This document shows positions 1 through 10,197 of a stretch of DNA of 64,000 bases, piece by piece. Source of the stretch: Bdellovibrionales bacterium (GTDB taxonomy: Bacteria; Bdellovibrionota; Bdellovibrionia; Bdellovibrionales; UBA1609); contig CBDETO010000005.1 in assembly GCA_965243065.1 (NCBI GenBank), positions 387,323 through 451,322 on the forward strand. The letters are read 5' to 3'. The notes under the pieces are model-generated. The model was not told the origin of the DNA, ran no database searches, and saw only the letters and a program-made list of their open reading frames with translations. The position numbers and the translations under genes are program-made. Positions within the stretch are counted from its first letter, which is position 1, and each line of letters starts with the position of its first letter.

Positions 1-1
1 T

Positions 2-109
2 AGAGATAGTCCCTCTGTGGAAAAATTCTACAGAACTATTCATCAGTATCAACTGAGGGAAGAAGCTTATAAAGCCGCCATCGAGATTTATCTCAATCGG
101 AAAAAATAG
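2..109 (+). CDS. 3' end of an unidentified CDS cut by the window edge
   Basis: Frame 2 is open from the first base to TAG at 107-109 (...EEAYKAAIEIYLNRKK*). It is too short to name. Confidence 0.3.
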   Translation, partial: RDSPSVEKFYRTIHQYQLREEAYKAAIEIYLNRKK

Positions 110-285
110 TTTTTTGCCATTTGACTTTTCTTGTGGTTCGAAATTAGGTTTTTTTATTATACTTCTTTAGTTTTATATTTTGAGATTTATTTGTAATAAG
201 AAAATATAACTTCCTTTATCAAAGTAAAGAATCTTAAAGTTCAAAATCAAGCGGTATTAAAAAAATATTTAAAAATATAAAAGTT

Positions 286-1656
286 ATGTTTCGATCTATA
301 AATCCTTTTACGGAAGAACAATTTGGTGAAGTCTCATCTCTTTCTCCTTTACAAATAGAGGAAAAACTTTCTCTTTCCACTCAAGCCTTTGATAAATGGG
401 ACCAAATGAGTGTGGAAAAAAGAGCAAGTTATGTTCCCAATCTGGTTACCCTTTTAGAAAAAGAAAAAAAGAATCTAGCCACTCTTATCACAAAAGAGAT
501 GGGTAAGCCCATTACACAGTCGGTAGCGGAGATCGAAAAGTGCCAGATTCTTTGTGAGTTTGTTTCAAAACAGGCTCCTTGTTTTTTGGCTGATCAAAAA
601 AATCTTTCATCGGCCTCTTCAAAGTCTTATGTTATTTATAAACCTCTGGGGGTGATTTTGGGGATTATGCCCTGGAATTTTCCTTTTTGGCAGGTGTTTC
701 GCTTTGCTTTGCCCACCCTTCTGGGTGGAAATGCTGTTTTAATCAAACAAGCCCCTAATGTCATGCTCTGTGGTGTTGAGTTAGAAAAATTATTTATTAA
801 AGCCGGCTTTCCTCTGGGAGTTTGCCAAAACCTCCCTACCTCTATAGAGCAGATAGAAAAGATAATAGCAGACAGATGTGTTAAAGGGGTGTCTCTAACA
901 GGGAGTGTGAAAGCCGGTAGGGCTGTGTCGGCTTTGGCTGGAAGGTATTTAAAAAAGAGTGTGCTGGAGTTGGGAGGCAGTGATCCTTATATAATTTTAG
1001 ATTCAGCAGATCTAAAAAAAGCGGCTAGAGAATGTGTCCTGTCTCGACTAAATAATAGTGGGCAAAGTTGTATTGCTGCCAAACGTCTTATTGTGACTAA
1101 AAAAAATGAAAAAAATTTTATATCTCTTTTAACAACAGAAATGCAAAAATATAAAATGAATGATCCTATGTTGCCGGATACCAAGTTAGGCCCTTTAGCT
1201 CGTAAGGATTTGAGGGATCATTTACATAATCAAGTGGAAGGTTTAATTAAAAAAGGAGCCCAAATTTTATTAGGGGCGAAGTTTCCAAAAAATAAAAAAG
1301 GCTACTTTTATCCTCCGACGGTATTACATGCTGTAGGGGGTTCAGAGGCTTCTTTTTTTGAAGAGGAGTTATTTGGCCCTGTTGTCTTGGTTATTACAGT
1401 ATCTAATGAGAAAGAGGCTTTATTTGTTAGTAATGCCTCCCCCTATGGTTTGGGAGCGGCTGTTTTTAGTCAAGATGAAGCACAGGCGGAACAATGGGCG
1501 CGTGATAAAATACATTCTGGTTCCTGTGCTGTTAATCGGGCTTTGCACTCCCATCCGGCTCTTCCTTTTGGTGGCATTAAAGATTCAGGGTATGGGAGAG
1601 AGCTTTCTGCCTGGGGCTTTTATGAGTTTGTTAATATAAAAACTATTTTTCGGTAA
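286..1656 (+). CDS. NAD(P)-dependent aldehyde dehydrogenase, succinate-semialdehyde dehydrogenase-like
   Basis: 456 aa. ALDH hallmarks are present: LELGGSDP (catalytic Glu context), NSGQSCIAAKR (catalytic Cys context) and C-terminal PFGGIKDSGYGRE. Confidence 0.9.
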   Translation: MFRSINPFTEEQFGEVSSLSPLQIEEKLSLSTQAFDKWDQMSVEKRASYVPNLVTLLEKEKKNLATLITKEMGKPITQSVAEIEKCQILCEFVSKQAPCFLADQKNLSSASSKSYVIYKPLGVILGIMPWNFPFWQVFRFALPTLLGGNAVLIKQAPNVMLCGVELEKLFIKAGFPLGVCQNLPTSIEQIEKIIADRCVKGVSLTGSVKAGRAVSALAGRYLKKSVLELGGSDPYIILDSADLKKAARECVLSRLNNSGQSCIAAKRLIVTKKNEKNFISLLTTEMQKYKMNDPMLPDTKLGPLARKDLRDHLHNQVEGLIKKGAQILLGAKFPKNKKGYFYPPTVLHAVGGSEASFFEEELFGPVVLVITVSNEKEALFVSNASPYGLGAAVFSQDEAQAEQWARDKIHSGSCAVNRALHSHPALPFGGIKDSGYGRELSAWGFYEFVNIKTIFR

Positions 1657-1703
1657 AGTGGATTACCTTCTCTGCCTTTGTGCTTAGATCGTGATTGATC
1701 CCT

Positions 1704-2756
1704 TTATAAATTTAAGTTATACCATACACCACGACCATGACCTTGTTTTATTAAGTAACCTTTCTTAATTAATGTACGAAAATGTTCTTTGAGAGTGTTT
1801 CTGCTCACTCCTGTAATTTTAATCATATCACCCATTGTTACACGACCTTGCTCTCTAGCATGTTCAAGAATTTTTACAGAAAGAGAGGGTAAGTTAGAAA
1901 GAATAGTTTTTTCATATTCTATCTTTTTTGTTAATCGCTTCACCTGTTTTTGAAGCACTCGAAGAAAAAACAATACCCAAGGTTGCCAATTAGGAGTTTT
2001 AGCATATATTGTTTTTTGAGTTTTTCTCAAAGTAGAGTAATAGTTTTCTTTATTGTGTTCAATGATATTTTCTAAAGAACTATATGGAACATAAGTATAG
2101 CCTGAACGGAGTAAAAGTAAAATTGTTAATATACGACTTAAACGACCATTACCATCTTGAAACGGGTGAATTTGTAAAAATACGACAACAAAGATAGCTA
2201 TTGCCAGAAGAGGGTGTAAAGATTCCTCTGTCAAAATTTCTTTAAACCATACAACTAACTCCTTCATTAATCGAGGTGTATCAAATGGAGTTGCTGTTTT
2301 AAAAATAACTCCTATTTGGATTCCTTTTGCATCAAAAGCTATCACCTCATTTGAAGATGTCTTGTATTTCCCACGATGATAAGCATCCTTTTTACTATAC
2401 CGGAGAAGATCCCGATGAAGTTGTTTGATATGATTTTCACTAATAGGAATACTGTCCCAGGATTGAAAAACCAGTTTCATTGATTCAGCGTAGCCAGCTA
2501 CTTCCTGCTCACTTCGAGTTTTAAGAGACTTTATATTGATATTACTAAGCAGGGTTTCTACATCACGATCTGATAAATCACTACCTTCAATACGAGTGGA
2601 AGAACCAACACTTTCAATAGTGGCTACTTTTTTTAATGCCAACAATCTTTCCGGTTCTAACACACCTAAAGTTTTCCATGCTCCCTTAAATTCATCAATC
2701 TCCGCAATAAGAGATAGCACTTCATGAGTGATTTTTAAACTGTGTATTCTTATCAT
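1704..2756 (-). CDS. Fic/DOC family protein with C-terminal winged-helix-like region
   Basis: Canonical Fic motif HPFQDGNGRLSR. The ORF track starts at 2786, but those codons lie in a tandem ACCCATTTAC x2, so ATG at 2756 (MIRIHSLK...) is preferred. Confidence 0.85.
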   Translation of the reverse strand: MIRIHSLKITHEVLSLIAEIDEFKGAWKTLGVLEPERLLALKKVATIESVGSSTRIEGSDLSDRDVETLLSNINIKSLKTRSEQEVAGYAESMKLVFQSWDSIPISENHIKQLHRDLLRYSKKDAYHRGKYKTSSNEVIAFDAKGIQIGVIFKTATPFDTPRLMKELVVWFKEILTEESLHPLLAIAIFVVVFLQIHPFQDGNGRLSRILTILLLLRSGYTYVPYSSLENIIEHNKENYYSTLRKTQKTIYAKTPNWQPWVLFFLRVLQKQVKRLTKKIEYEKTILSNLPSLSVKILEHAREQGRVTMGDMIKITGVSRNTLKEHFRTLIKKGYLIKQGHGRGVWYNLNL

Positions 2757-3271
2757 ACACCTATTTTTACACCCATTTACACCCATTTACAATCTTTATT
2801 CTTCAAGTGGTGGATTATAGTAAAGAGCTGCGTCAAATTAACTGGCTTTCAGTCGCTTTGTACTCAAGGGCTTAACTCACTTTTGCATCTTAATTCTCTC
2901 TTGAAAAAATAAGCTTATTTATGTGGGAAATCAGAAAGCTTCAAAGCGCGATTGGTATATTTTGGGAAAGATTGTTCTCTTATTTTGAAAAAAATACTCT
3001 TTTTTAGTGGAGATCAAAAAAATATCTAATTTTTTTCAAAATATTTGTCAAACAACTTATTATCTCTTATATATCTGATCTTATATAGCTGATGAATTTA
3101 TTTAAACTCAGAGTGTTTACTTCTGAAAGGACGGTGTTCCCATTTTTACGGGGACCAGTTTTTCTACAGGAGTTTCAACCTGTGAATAAATGAATAATTA
3201 CACAGAAAGCCTCAAACATAACCAATATAAATACAATGGTTTAAAACATAAGGATATAAGGATAAACAATT

Positions 3272-4081
3272 ATGAACAAAAAACCTTTATTAGTCAGTAT
3301 TCCTCATAGTGGAGAGAAGATAGTAGATGAATGTACTTGGCTTAAAGAACTGGATGAAGTGACTTTAATGTATGATGTGGATCGTTTTGTAGATCAGATG
3401 TACGAACCGGTACTAAATAAATACGACATACCGAAGGTAGTAGCAGAGTATCACCGCTATGTAGTGGATTGCAATCGTTGGCCTACTGATGTGGATTGTG
3501 ATTCCGTGGAAGGAAGTAAAAATCCTTCCGGTTCTCACCCTACGGGGCTTCATTGGAGGAAGACAACAGCTGGATATATTTTGTTTAAAAAACCTCTTAG
3601 TCAAAATCTCCATGAGAGTATTATTAAAAAATATTATACCGATTTTTTTGAAGCCATTGACTCTATATACGAAAATTTTCGGCAGAGAGGAGAAAAAAAT
3701 ATTTATCATTTAGACCTTCATAGTATGCCTTCTCGTGGTACGGAAGCTCATAGAGACCCGGGAGAGGATAGGGCGGATATAGTTATTGGTAATGAAAAAG
3801 GAAAAACAGCGACAGAAAAATGGACAGAGCAGGTGAGTGCGGCTTATCGTAATCAGGGCTTTCATGTGCGGCTTAATGATCCTTATACGGGAGGCACCAT
3901 TGTTGAAAAATATGGAGACCCTCAACAAGGTCGCCAGGCCTTGATGATTGAATTGAATCGTAAACTTTATATGGATGAGAAAACTAAAAAATGGATTCCT
4001 GATAAAGCCGAAGCCATAAAAGAAAGATTAAATAAAGTTATATCTGAGATCTATCACCATCTTCCCCTCGCGGTAGAGTAG
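3272..4081 (+). CDS. N-formylglutamate amidohydrolase (FGase) family protein
   Basis: 269 aa. The N-terminal LLVSIPHSGEKI and the central YHLDLHSMPSRG motifs are typical of the FGase family. Confidence 0.7.
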   Translation: MNKKPLLVSIPHSGEKIVDECTWLKELDEVTLMYDVDRFVDQMYEPVLNKYDIPKVVAEYHRYVVDCNRWPTDVDCDSVEGSKNPSGSHPTGLHWRKTTAGYILFKKPLSQNLHESIIKKYYTDFFEAIDSIYENFRQRGEKNIYHLDLHSMPSRGTEAHRDPGEDRADIVIGNEKGKTATEKWTEQVSAAYRNQGFHVRLNDPYTGGTIVEKYGDPQQGRQALMIELNRKLYMDEKTKKWIPDKAEAIKERLNKVISEIYHHLPLAVE

Positions 4082-4365
4082 CACAAGTGAGAAATAGGCT
4101 ACATGGGGCTACATATTTGGCTACACGGATTTTTACTTGGTTGGAAAATTTCCTTGAGTGATGACCTTAAAAGGTTAAAAAGCCTTCTCTTTATTTGAAA
4201 TAAAATTATGCAAAGCAAAATAATTCAAATTTTTTGCTGTTAGTTATATGTTAATAAGGTTATTTCTGAGTTCTTAATAACGGATAAAATATTAAAATAG
4301 AATGTAATGAACAAAAAACTTAACAATAACGATAAAATGTTGATTTTTTTACTTTAGGAAAAAGA

Positions 4366-5505
4366 ATGTCTTACGAGTCTGTCGATATATTACAAAAAGC
4401 CCTTACAAAAAATGTTTTTAATTATGCAAAAAGCCCGAAGAAAGCGGCGGGCAGAGCTTTAGGAACATTAGTTGAAATTATTAATTTCTATTTATTAAAA
4501 TCATGGGGATATGAAGATTATACTATTATTGAGCGTTCTATACCAGAATATGGAAATGATAATATTACTCACAATGTTGAATTTAGTCTACATCCAAAAG
4601 AGTTTGTTGAAAATATAAACTTAACAACCGACAACTTACCATTTACATCTAAAAAAATAATAAAATTGATAAAAGATAATGAACAACTAGACAATGCGAA
4701 AATTAAAGGAACTCAGTTACTCTCACAGTCAAATTTACTCCGTAACTCTTGTATAATATATGAAGATGATAAAAAAATTCTTGTTGCTTCACTTAGAGAA
4801 GAAATAAATAGTATATGGAACATCTCTATAAAAAAATTATATATCCAGCCTTTTATTATATTTGAATGTAAAAGAGTTGGAGTTGAAGAAGGGGTAAAAA
4901 AAGGTCCTCAAACAATTGAGAAAGCAAAACAAGGAGCTTATGTTGCAAGAAGTGTTTCATCATTACAAAAAATTAGAATAAATGATGGTACTTTGTGTGG
5001 AGTTTTGCAGTTACCTAGTGGAGAATTAAAATATGAACCTTATAATCAATTCCTTAAGCATATAATCAAATCAAATGCTCCTGATCTATTAAGAGATTTT
5101 ATTTTAACAGTAGGAATTGTAAGTAATCATGGTAACTGGTTTACTTCCGAAGATCATAACAAAGAGTTAAAAGTATTAGCTCAATCGTATGACTGGTTAT
5201 TATTTTTAACTGATGAGGGGTTATCTCAATTTGTAGAGAATTTGTTGTTAAATCCTACTACAAAATATGAATCTGTTCGAAAAGCATTTGTAAGTAGTTA
5301 TCAAAGTCAAAGAACAAGTAACAGTTTTACAAAAGTAAAAATTTCACTATTAGCAGATAGAGCTATTCAAGAATATTTTAAAGCGAATTTACCAAAGATT
5401 GAGAGCTGGTTTAACATTATCTCGCCGGTTAATAAGAGTATTCAAAATCTAAAGTTAGATATTAATTCTCTGACACAAAAAAAGTGGAAGGAGATACTTA
5501 CATGA
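4366..5505 (+). CDS. putative type II restriction endonuclease (PD-(D/E)XK)
   Basis: 379 aa with no recognisable family. It has an ...IIFECKRVG... (E-x-K) core. Its stop overlaps the start of the downstream methyltransferase as ATGA (5502-5505). The codon usage is very AT-rich. Confidence 0.5.
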   Translation: MSYESVDILQKALTKNVFNYAKSPKKAAGRALGTLVEIINFYLLKSWGYEDYTIIERSIPEYGNDNITHNVEFSLHPKEFVENINLTTDNLPFTSKKIIKLIKDNEQLDNAKIKGTQLLSQSNLLRNSCIIYEDDKKILVASLREEINSIWNISIKKLYIQPFIIFECKRVGVEEGVKKGPQTIEKAKQGAYVARSVSSLQKIRINDGTLCGVLQLPSGELKYEPYNQFLKHIIKSNAPDLLRDFILTVGIVSNHGNWFTSEDHNKELKVLAQSYDWLLFLTDEGLSQFVENLLLNPTTKYESVRKAFVSSYQSQRTSNSFTKVKISLLADRAIQEYFKANLPKIESWFNIISPVNKSIQNLKLDINSLTQKKWKEILT

Positions 5506-6146
5506 CAGCAGGTCGTACTGTTAATTCTCAAAATGTTAATTGGTGTACTCCCAGAAGATATGTAAAAGCAGTTAAACAGGTGTTTGGAGGTGTAATAGAA
5601 CTTGATCCTTGTTCTAACAAGTGGTCAATAGTAGAAGCAAATACAGAATTTTCTTTACCTAAACACGATGGTTTAGTTGAATCTTGGAAATATAAAACCA
5701 TATATGTCAATCCTCCTTATGGAGCAGATCGGGAAAAAGGAACTACCATAAAACATTGGCTATATAAATGTGCTGATGCAAATAATCGCTTTCATTCAGA
5801 AATTTTAGCTTTGATTCCAGTGGCTACTAATACGAGCCACTGGAAAGAATATATATGGGGAAAAGCTACTGCTGTATGTTTTTTATATGAGACTAGATTG
5901 AAATTTTTAGAAAATGGTAATATGGAAGGAAAAGGTGCTCCGATGTCTTGTGCAATGGTTTATTGGGGTAAAAGTTATACAATTTTTTTCAATATATTTT
6001 TGAAATTTGGAGCCGTGATTGACTTAAGGAAATTGAAAGACAAAACAATAGGAGAGGAAATTATCATTAAAAAAAGAAGAAAAGTATTTTCACAAGACAC
6101 TGTATTTGATATCGAAAACAATAGTAACCAATTAGATTTATTATAA
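5502..6146 (+). CDS. DNA N6-adenine methyltransferase (phage Dam-like family)
   Basis: WCTPRRYV...ELDPCSN...IYVNPPYG motif set. GAAGGAGA lies 7 nt before ATG 5502, and the gene is translationally coupled to the upstream ORF. Confidence 0.85.
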   Translation: MTAGRTVNSQNVNWCTPRRYVKAVKQVFGGVIELDPCSNKWSIVEANTEFSLPKHDGLVESWKYKTIYVNPPYGADREKGTTIKHWLYKCADANNRFHSEILALIPVATNTSHWKEYIWGKATAVCFLYETRLKFLENGNMEGKGAPMSCAMVYWGKSYTIFFNIFLKFGAVIDLRKLKDKTIGEEIIIKKRRKVFSQDTVFDIENNSNQLDLL

Positions 6147-6169
6147 GCTATAGTAGTTAATACGGACTG

Positions 6170-6388
6170 TTGAAAAACCCTAAAGTGGACTATTTAATTT
6201 TAGAAGTGAAAGGAATTAAAAAGAAAAGAGATATTCAGAAATGGGATTTTATGAAAAACTGGTTCAAAGCTGTTTCAGATGATTTAGAACAAAACTGGCA
6301 TTTCAAAATCTCTCAAGATTCTACCGGTGGTCAAGTCCATAGAATAATAGATGAGATTTTAAAAAAGAAATTAAACATAAAAAAATAA
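6170..6388 (+). pseudogene. C-terminal remnant of a nuclease/helicase-type restriction subunit (EVKG motif)
   Basis: 72 codons starting at TTG with no RBS. DYLILEVKGIKKKRDIQKWDF...NW resembles the extreme C-terminus of PD-(D/E)XK restriction subunits, but no N-terminal part is present. Confidence 0.35.
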
Positions 6389-6439
6389 ATCACTCCTTTT
6401 TATACCGGTTTGGTATAAAACTCTATTGGGGTTCAAAAG

Positions 6440-7909
6440 ATGAAAATTCTTATTTATATTTATAGTTTTTTTTGCTCTCTGAAACTGGCTATTTTCACTT
6501 TGTCTGCTTTAATTATTTTATTTGCTGTAGGTACTTTTTATGAATCTGCTCAAGGACGTTTAGCTGCACAAGAGGTTATTTATCGCTCCATAGTGATGAC
6601 TCTACTGGTATCTCTTTTGGCTTTAAATATTATTGCTGTGATGATAGATCGTTGGCCTTGGAAAAAACGGCATATTGGATTTTTGCTAGCTCACTTTGGC
6701 ATTATATTTGTGATAGTGGGTTCTTTGATGACGCGATTTTACGGAGTGGATGGAAACTTGCGATTAGCTTTGGGGGAAAAGGGAGGAGAATTGACTACTT
6801 CCTCTGTCTTTCTTATGGTTTATTCCTCTTTTGATGCAAAAAATTTAACGGAGCTTTATCGGGAACCTGTTTATTTTTTTCGTCATTCACCAACACCAAA
6901 AAAGCCTCATTTGGTACAAATAGGTTCTGATGTTTTAAAAATAAATGATTTTTATCCTTCTGCTACTGTTCGTGAGAGTTATCAGGCAGCTTTACGAGGG
7001 GGGCCAGCTTTGCGATTTCAAATAGAAGGAAGCCGTGCTCAGATAGTCAGGTGGATGTTTAAACCTCCTTGGATGGATAAGGTGGAACTCCCTTTAGGGC
7101 CAGCTCAAGTTCTTTTATTAAAATCTTTTCCCGCTGTTGAAAAAGAAAAGAAAAAGGAAAAAAATAAGGTGGTTCTCTTTTCTTTACAAAAAGGAAAAGA
7201 AATAGAAAATCGCCCTAGTTTGTTGTTAGTACCTAAAGAAAACCAGATACAATACCAACTGCGGAAGCCAGGGTTACAAGAGGTAAAACAAGGTGTTTTA
7301 GAAATAGGTTCCGTGTTAAAAACAGGCTGGATGGATTTTCAGTTTCGTGTTATTGAATATTTACCTAAGGCTTTGCCAAATGCGATATTCACACCTCAAA
7401 AAAGAGCTAATGATCGGACTAACTCTGCTATTCAAGTGGAGTTTAAAGGGGAAAGTAGATGGATGGGGCTAAACTCTCATCTTTTTTTCTTTGATGAAGA
7501 TAAGGTGTATGTTGTGGCTTATGTGAATGAAAGAAAAAATCTGGGTTTTCAGTTAAAATTAAAAAACTTTAAAGTGGTTCGTTATCCCTCCAGCTTTAAG
7601 GCCGCCTCTTATGAAAGTGAAGTGCAGGTAGAGTCAGGTGGTACGCAAGGCTTATCTTCTGTTGATCCTATAGATCAAAAAGAAGATACCCATCTGATTT
7701 CTATGAACCATCCTTTGAAATGGGCTGGTTACACCATTTATCAATCCGGTTTTGAGGAAGACGATAGTGGGAAGCCAGTGGCTTCTGTTTTTGCCATAAA
7801 TAAGGACCCTGGGCGGTTTATAAAATATTTTGGATCTTTATTGATTGTATTAGGTTCTTTTATTTTATTTTTAAGAAGAAATTTGCGTAGCAGAATAAAA
7901 AGTAAATAA
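6440..7909 (+). CDS. resB: cytochrome c biogenesis protein ResB/Ccs1 (system II)
   Basis: 489 aa. It has N-terminal TM helices, a large soluble loop and a C-terminal TM with YQSGF...INKDPG. It lies directly upstream of ccsA. Confidence 0.8.
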   Translation: MKILIYIYSFFCSLKLAIFTLSALIILFAVGTFYESAQGRLAAQEVIYRSIVMTLLVSLLALNIIAVMIDRWPWKKRHIGFLLAHFGIIFVIVGSLMTRFYGVDGNLRLALGEKGGELTTSSVFLMVYSSFDAKNLTELYREPVYFFRHSPTPKKPHLVQIGSDVLKINDFYPSATVRESYQAALRGGPALRFQIEGSRAQIVRWMFKPPWMDKVELPLGPAQVLLLKSFPAVEKEKKKEKNKVVLFSLQKGKEIENRPSLLLVPKENQIQYQLRKPGLQEVKQGVLEIGSVLKTGWMDFQFRVIEYLPKALPNAIFTPQKRANDRTNSAIQVEFKGESRWMGLNSHLFFFDEDKVYVVAYVNERKNLGFQLKLKNFKVVRYPSSFKAASYESEVQVESGGTQGLSSVDPIDQKEDTHLISMNHPLKWAGYTIYQSGFEEDDSGKPVASVFAINKDPGRFIKYFGSLLIVLGSFILFLRRNLRSRIKSK

Positions 7910-7933
7910 AGGGTTTGTTAATTTTTTTCTTGT

Positions 7934-8027
7934 TATACTAATCGTGTTTGAAAAATCCAGTTATTTTCGCGCTTATTCAAAAGTTAGAGCTCCTGTAAGG
8001 CTCGAAAAAATCAAACCCTCTGGGTTT
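7934..8027. repeat. family-C repeat (TATAC..GATCGTGTTTGAAAA ... AAACCCnnnGGGTTT)
   Basis: TATACTAATCGTGTTTGAAAAATCCAG...AAATCAAACCCTCTGGGTTT, between resB and ccsA. Confidence 0.7.
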
Positions 8028-8154
8028 ATTTTATTGAGAAAATAAAAAATATAATGTATTTGCTCTGTAATTTGTAAGAAGGTAAGTTAAGTGATAATGG
8101 GGTTCTTAACCGGTAGTTTAAAAAAATCTCTATTATGGGCAGTGTTATAAACAA

Positions 8155-9900
8155 ATGATTCGTTTTTACTTATTTATTTTTCTTTTTTCTGGTTTTTCTG
8201 TTTTTGTTTCAGCAGATAAGGACATAGGGGGGCCACTTAAAGTTTTGCCGGTGCAAAGTGGAGGCAGGGTGCAGCCTTTTGACACTTTTGCTCGTAACAG
8301 CCTGCGCTTTATATATGGAAAGACCCAATTTAATAAAAAATCGGCGGTGGATATTCTTATGTCTTGGGTGTTACTGCCAGAACATTGGAATGAGACTGAT
8401 TTTGTTCAAGTTAAGGAATCTGTACTTAAAAAAGTGCTTAAACTGAACATGGACAAAAGCCATTTCAGTCCAAGCGAGTTATTAAACAACAAAGCTTTTG
8501 CTCAGGAGATAGAGGAACTTCGGGTAAAACAACAGAATAAAGAGTCTTTGGATGATTATTTTAAGTCTGTTCAGAATTTGGAAAACCGTTTAGTTCTCTA
8601 TCAGGCTTTTTATAGAGGGGACTTGCCGGGTTGGGTTCCGGATTTTGTAAAAGATATACCGGTCGAGTTTGAAAATTCTGGATTTGAAGACATGGCTGCC
8701 CAGAGTAAAGAACCTAAAAATTATGGAAAAAAAATACCCGATGAATATAGTAAAAAAAGCTGGCTTGTTTTTTCAAAAATGGCAAAGGAGGAACAAGAGC
8801 TTTTTCAAAAAGTAGTGAGAGCTTATGTGTTAGCTGTTTCACCAGAAGGGCAGTTATCAGGCAGCAAAGAAAGGCAGGATCTAAAAAAAGCAGTTATTAA
8901 TTTTCAGCAGAAAATACAATCAAAATATCCTTCTTACAAAGCGTCTTCTTCTAAAATATCTGTTGAACTGCATTACAATAAATTAAATCCTTTTCGTTGG
9001 GCCTGGGTTTTGTATCTATTAGGTTTTTTGTTTTTATTTATATATTTTCTATTTCGTAAAAAAACTCTTTTTTATATTTCTTTGTCTGTATTAACTGTGG
9101 CATTTTGTTTGCAAGGGTATGGGATGGCCTTGCGTTCTTTTATTATGGGGCGTCCTCCGGTGACTAATATGTATGAAACAGTGATTTGGGTTCCCTGGGT
9201 GGCTGTTATTTTTGGTGCTATGCTTTGGTGGCGACAAAAAATCTTTGCTGTTTTTGCTTGTGCTTGTGCGGTGGCTTTGTTTTGTTTGCTCTTAGCGGAT
9301 TCGGCTCCTACTTTGTTAGATGGACGCTTAGAGCCTTTGGAAGCGGTTTTGCGCTCTAACTTTTGGCTCACTACTCATGTACTGATTATCACCATGAGTT
9401 ATTCCGCTTTTTTTCTAGCCTTTGCTATAGGTGATGTACTGTTATTTATGTTCCTGTATCCAAAGGGGGTTTTACCGAACAAAATAAAATCTTATGCTAG
9501 ATGTATTGATCGTTCCATTCAAGTGGGGGTGGTATTATTAGCGGCAGGAACCATATTAGGAGGTATATGGGCGGATTATTCTTGGGGGCGATTTTGGGGA
9601 TGGGATCCTAAGGAAACATGGGCTTTAATTAGTCTCCTGGGTTATTTAGCTCTTTTACATGGACGCTTAGTGGGTTGGGTAAAAGAGTTTGGTTTGGCTG
9701 TTGGTTCGGTGTTGATCTTTTTTTTGGTTGTCATGGCCTGGTATGGTGTGAATTATGTTCTAGGCCAAGGATTACACTCTTATGGATTTGGATCAGGAGG
9801 GGTGGAGTATGTAGCTGGTTTTGCTTTTTTTCACTTAATGTATGTTCTGCTGGTGTATTTTTTACGCTCGCGAAAGAAAGGGGATAACAACAAACAGTGA
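8155..9900 (+). CDS. ccsA: cytochrome c biogenesis protein CcsA/ResC (heme exporter, WWD domain) with long N-terminal extension
   Basis: 581 aa. The Trp-rich motif WADYSWGRFWGWDPKETWA and multiple TM helices are present. Confidence 0.9.
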   Translation: MIRFYLFIFLFSGFSVFVSADKDIGGPLKVLPVQSGGRVQPFDTFARNSLRFIYGKTQFNKKSAVDILMSWVLLPEHWNETDFVQVKESVLKKVLKLNMDKSHFSPSELLNNKAFAQEIEELRVKQQNKESLDDYFKSVQNLENRLVLYQAFYRGDLPGWVPDFVKDIPVEFENSGFEDMAAQSKEPKNYGKKIPDEYSKKSWLVFSKMAKEEQELFQKVVRAYVLAVSPEGQLSGSKERQDLKKAVINFQQKIQSKYPSYKASSSKISVELHYNKLNPFRWAWVLYLLGFLFLFIYFLFRKKTLFYISLSVLTVAFCLQGYGMALRSFIMGRPPVTNMYETVIWVPWVAVIFGAMLWWRQKIFAVFACACAVALFCLLLADSAPTLLDGRLEPLEAVLRSNFWLTTHVLIITMSYSAFFLAFAIGDVLLFMFLYPKGVLPNKIKSYARCIDRSIQVGVVLLAAGTILGGIWADYSWGRFWGWDPKETWALISLLGYLALLHGRLVGWVKEFGLAVGSVLIFFLVVMAWYGVNYVLGQGLHSYGFGSGGVEYVAGFAFFHLMYVLLVYFLRSRKKGDNNKQ

Positions 9901-9908
9901 CCTTCAGT

Positions 9909-9995
9909 TATACCGAATGGGTATAGAGTTTGCGCCCCTCTGTCCTTTTGGCAGCCTGGTCTTTCCATCCGGAACTTTCACACCCGATCAGTATA
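9909..9995. repeat. family-C repeat (inverted orientation)
   Basis: TATACCGAATGGGTATAG...CTTTCACACCCGATCAGTATA, immediately after the ccsA stop. Confidence 0.7.
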
Positions 9996-10197
9996 AGTTC
10001 AGGATGACTTAAGTTCAGTATTATTATAATTAACTTGTTAAAAAATTAAGTGATTCTAAATAGATACATACTTTTTCTTGAAAAAATATAAGGTTTATAT
10101 AAAACAGGAATATTAAAAAAATAGCATTGCTGATCTTGTTGGTATGGATTTTGCATAACATAGTTTTGAAAAAACTATGTTATTATAAAGAAAGGAG

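Noticed and set aside
4097-4128. Three direct GGCTACA(T/C) repeats (GGCTACATGGGGCTACATATTTGGCTACAC) downstream of the FGase gene
   Set aside because: They are short, occur only once in the window, and have no associated gene or palindrome. This is not enough to call an iteron or operator.
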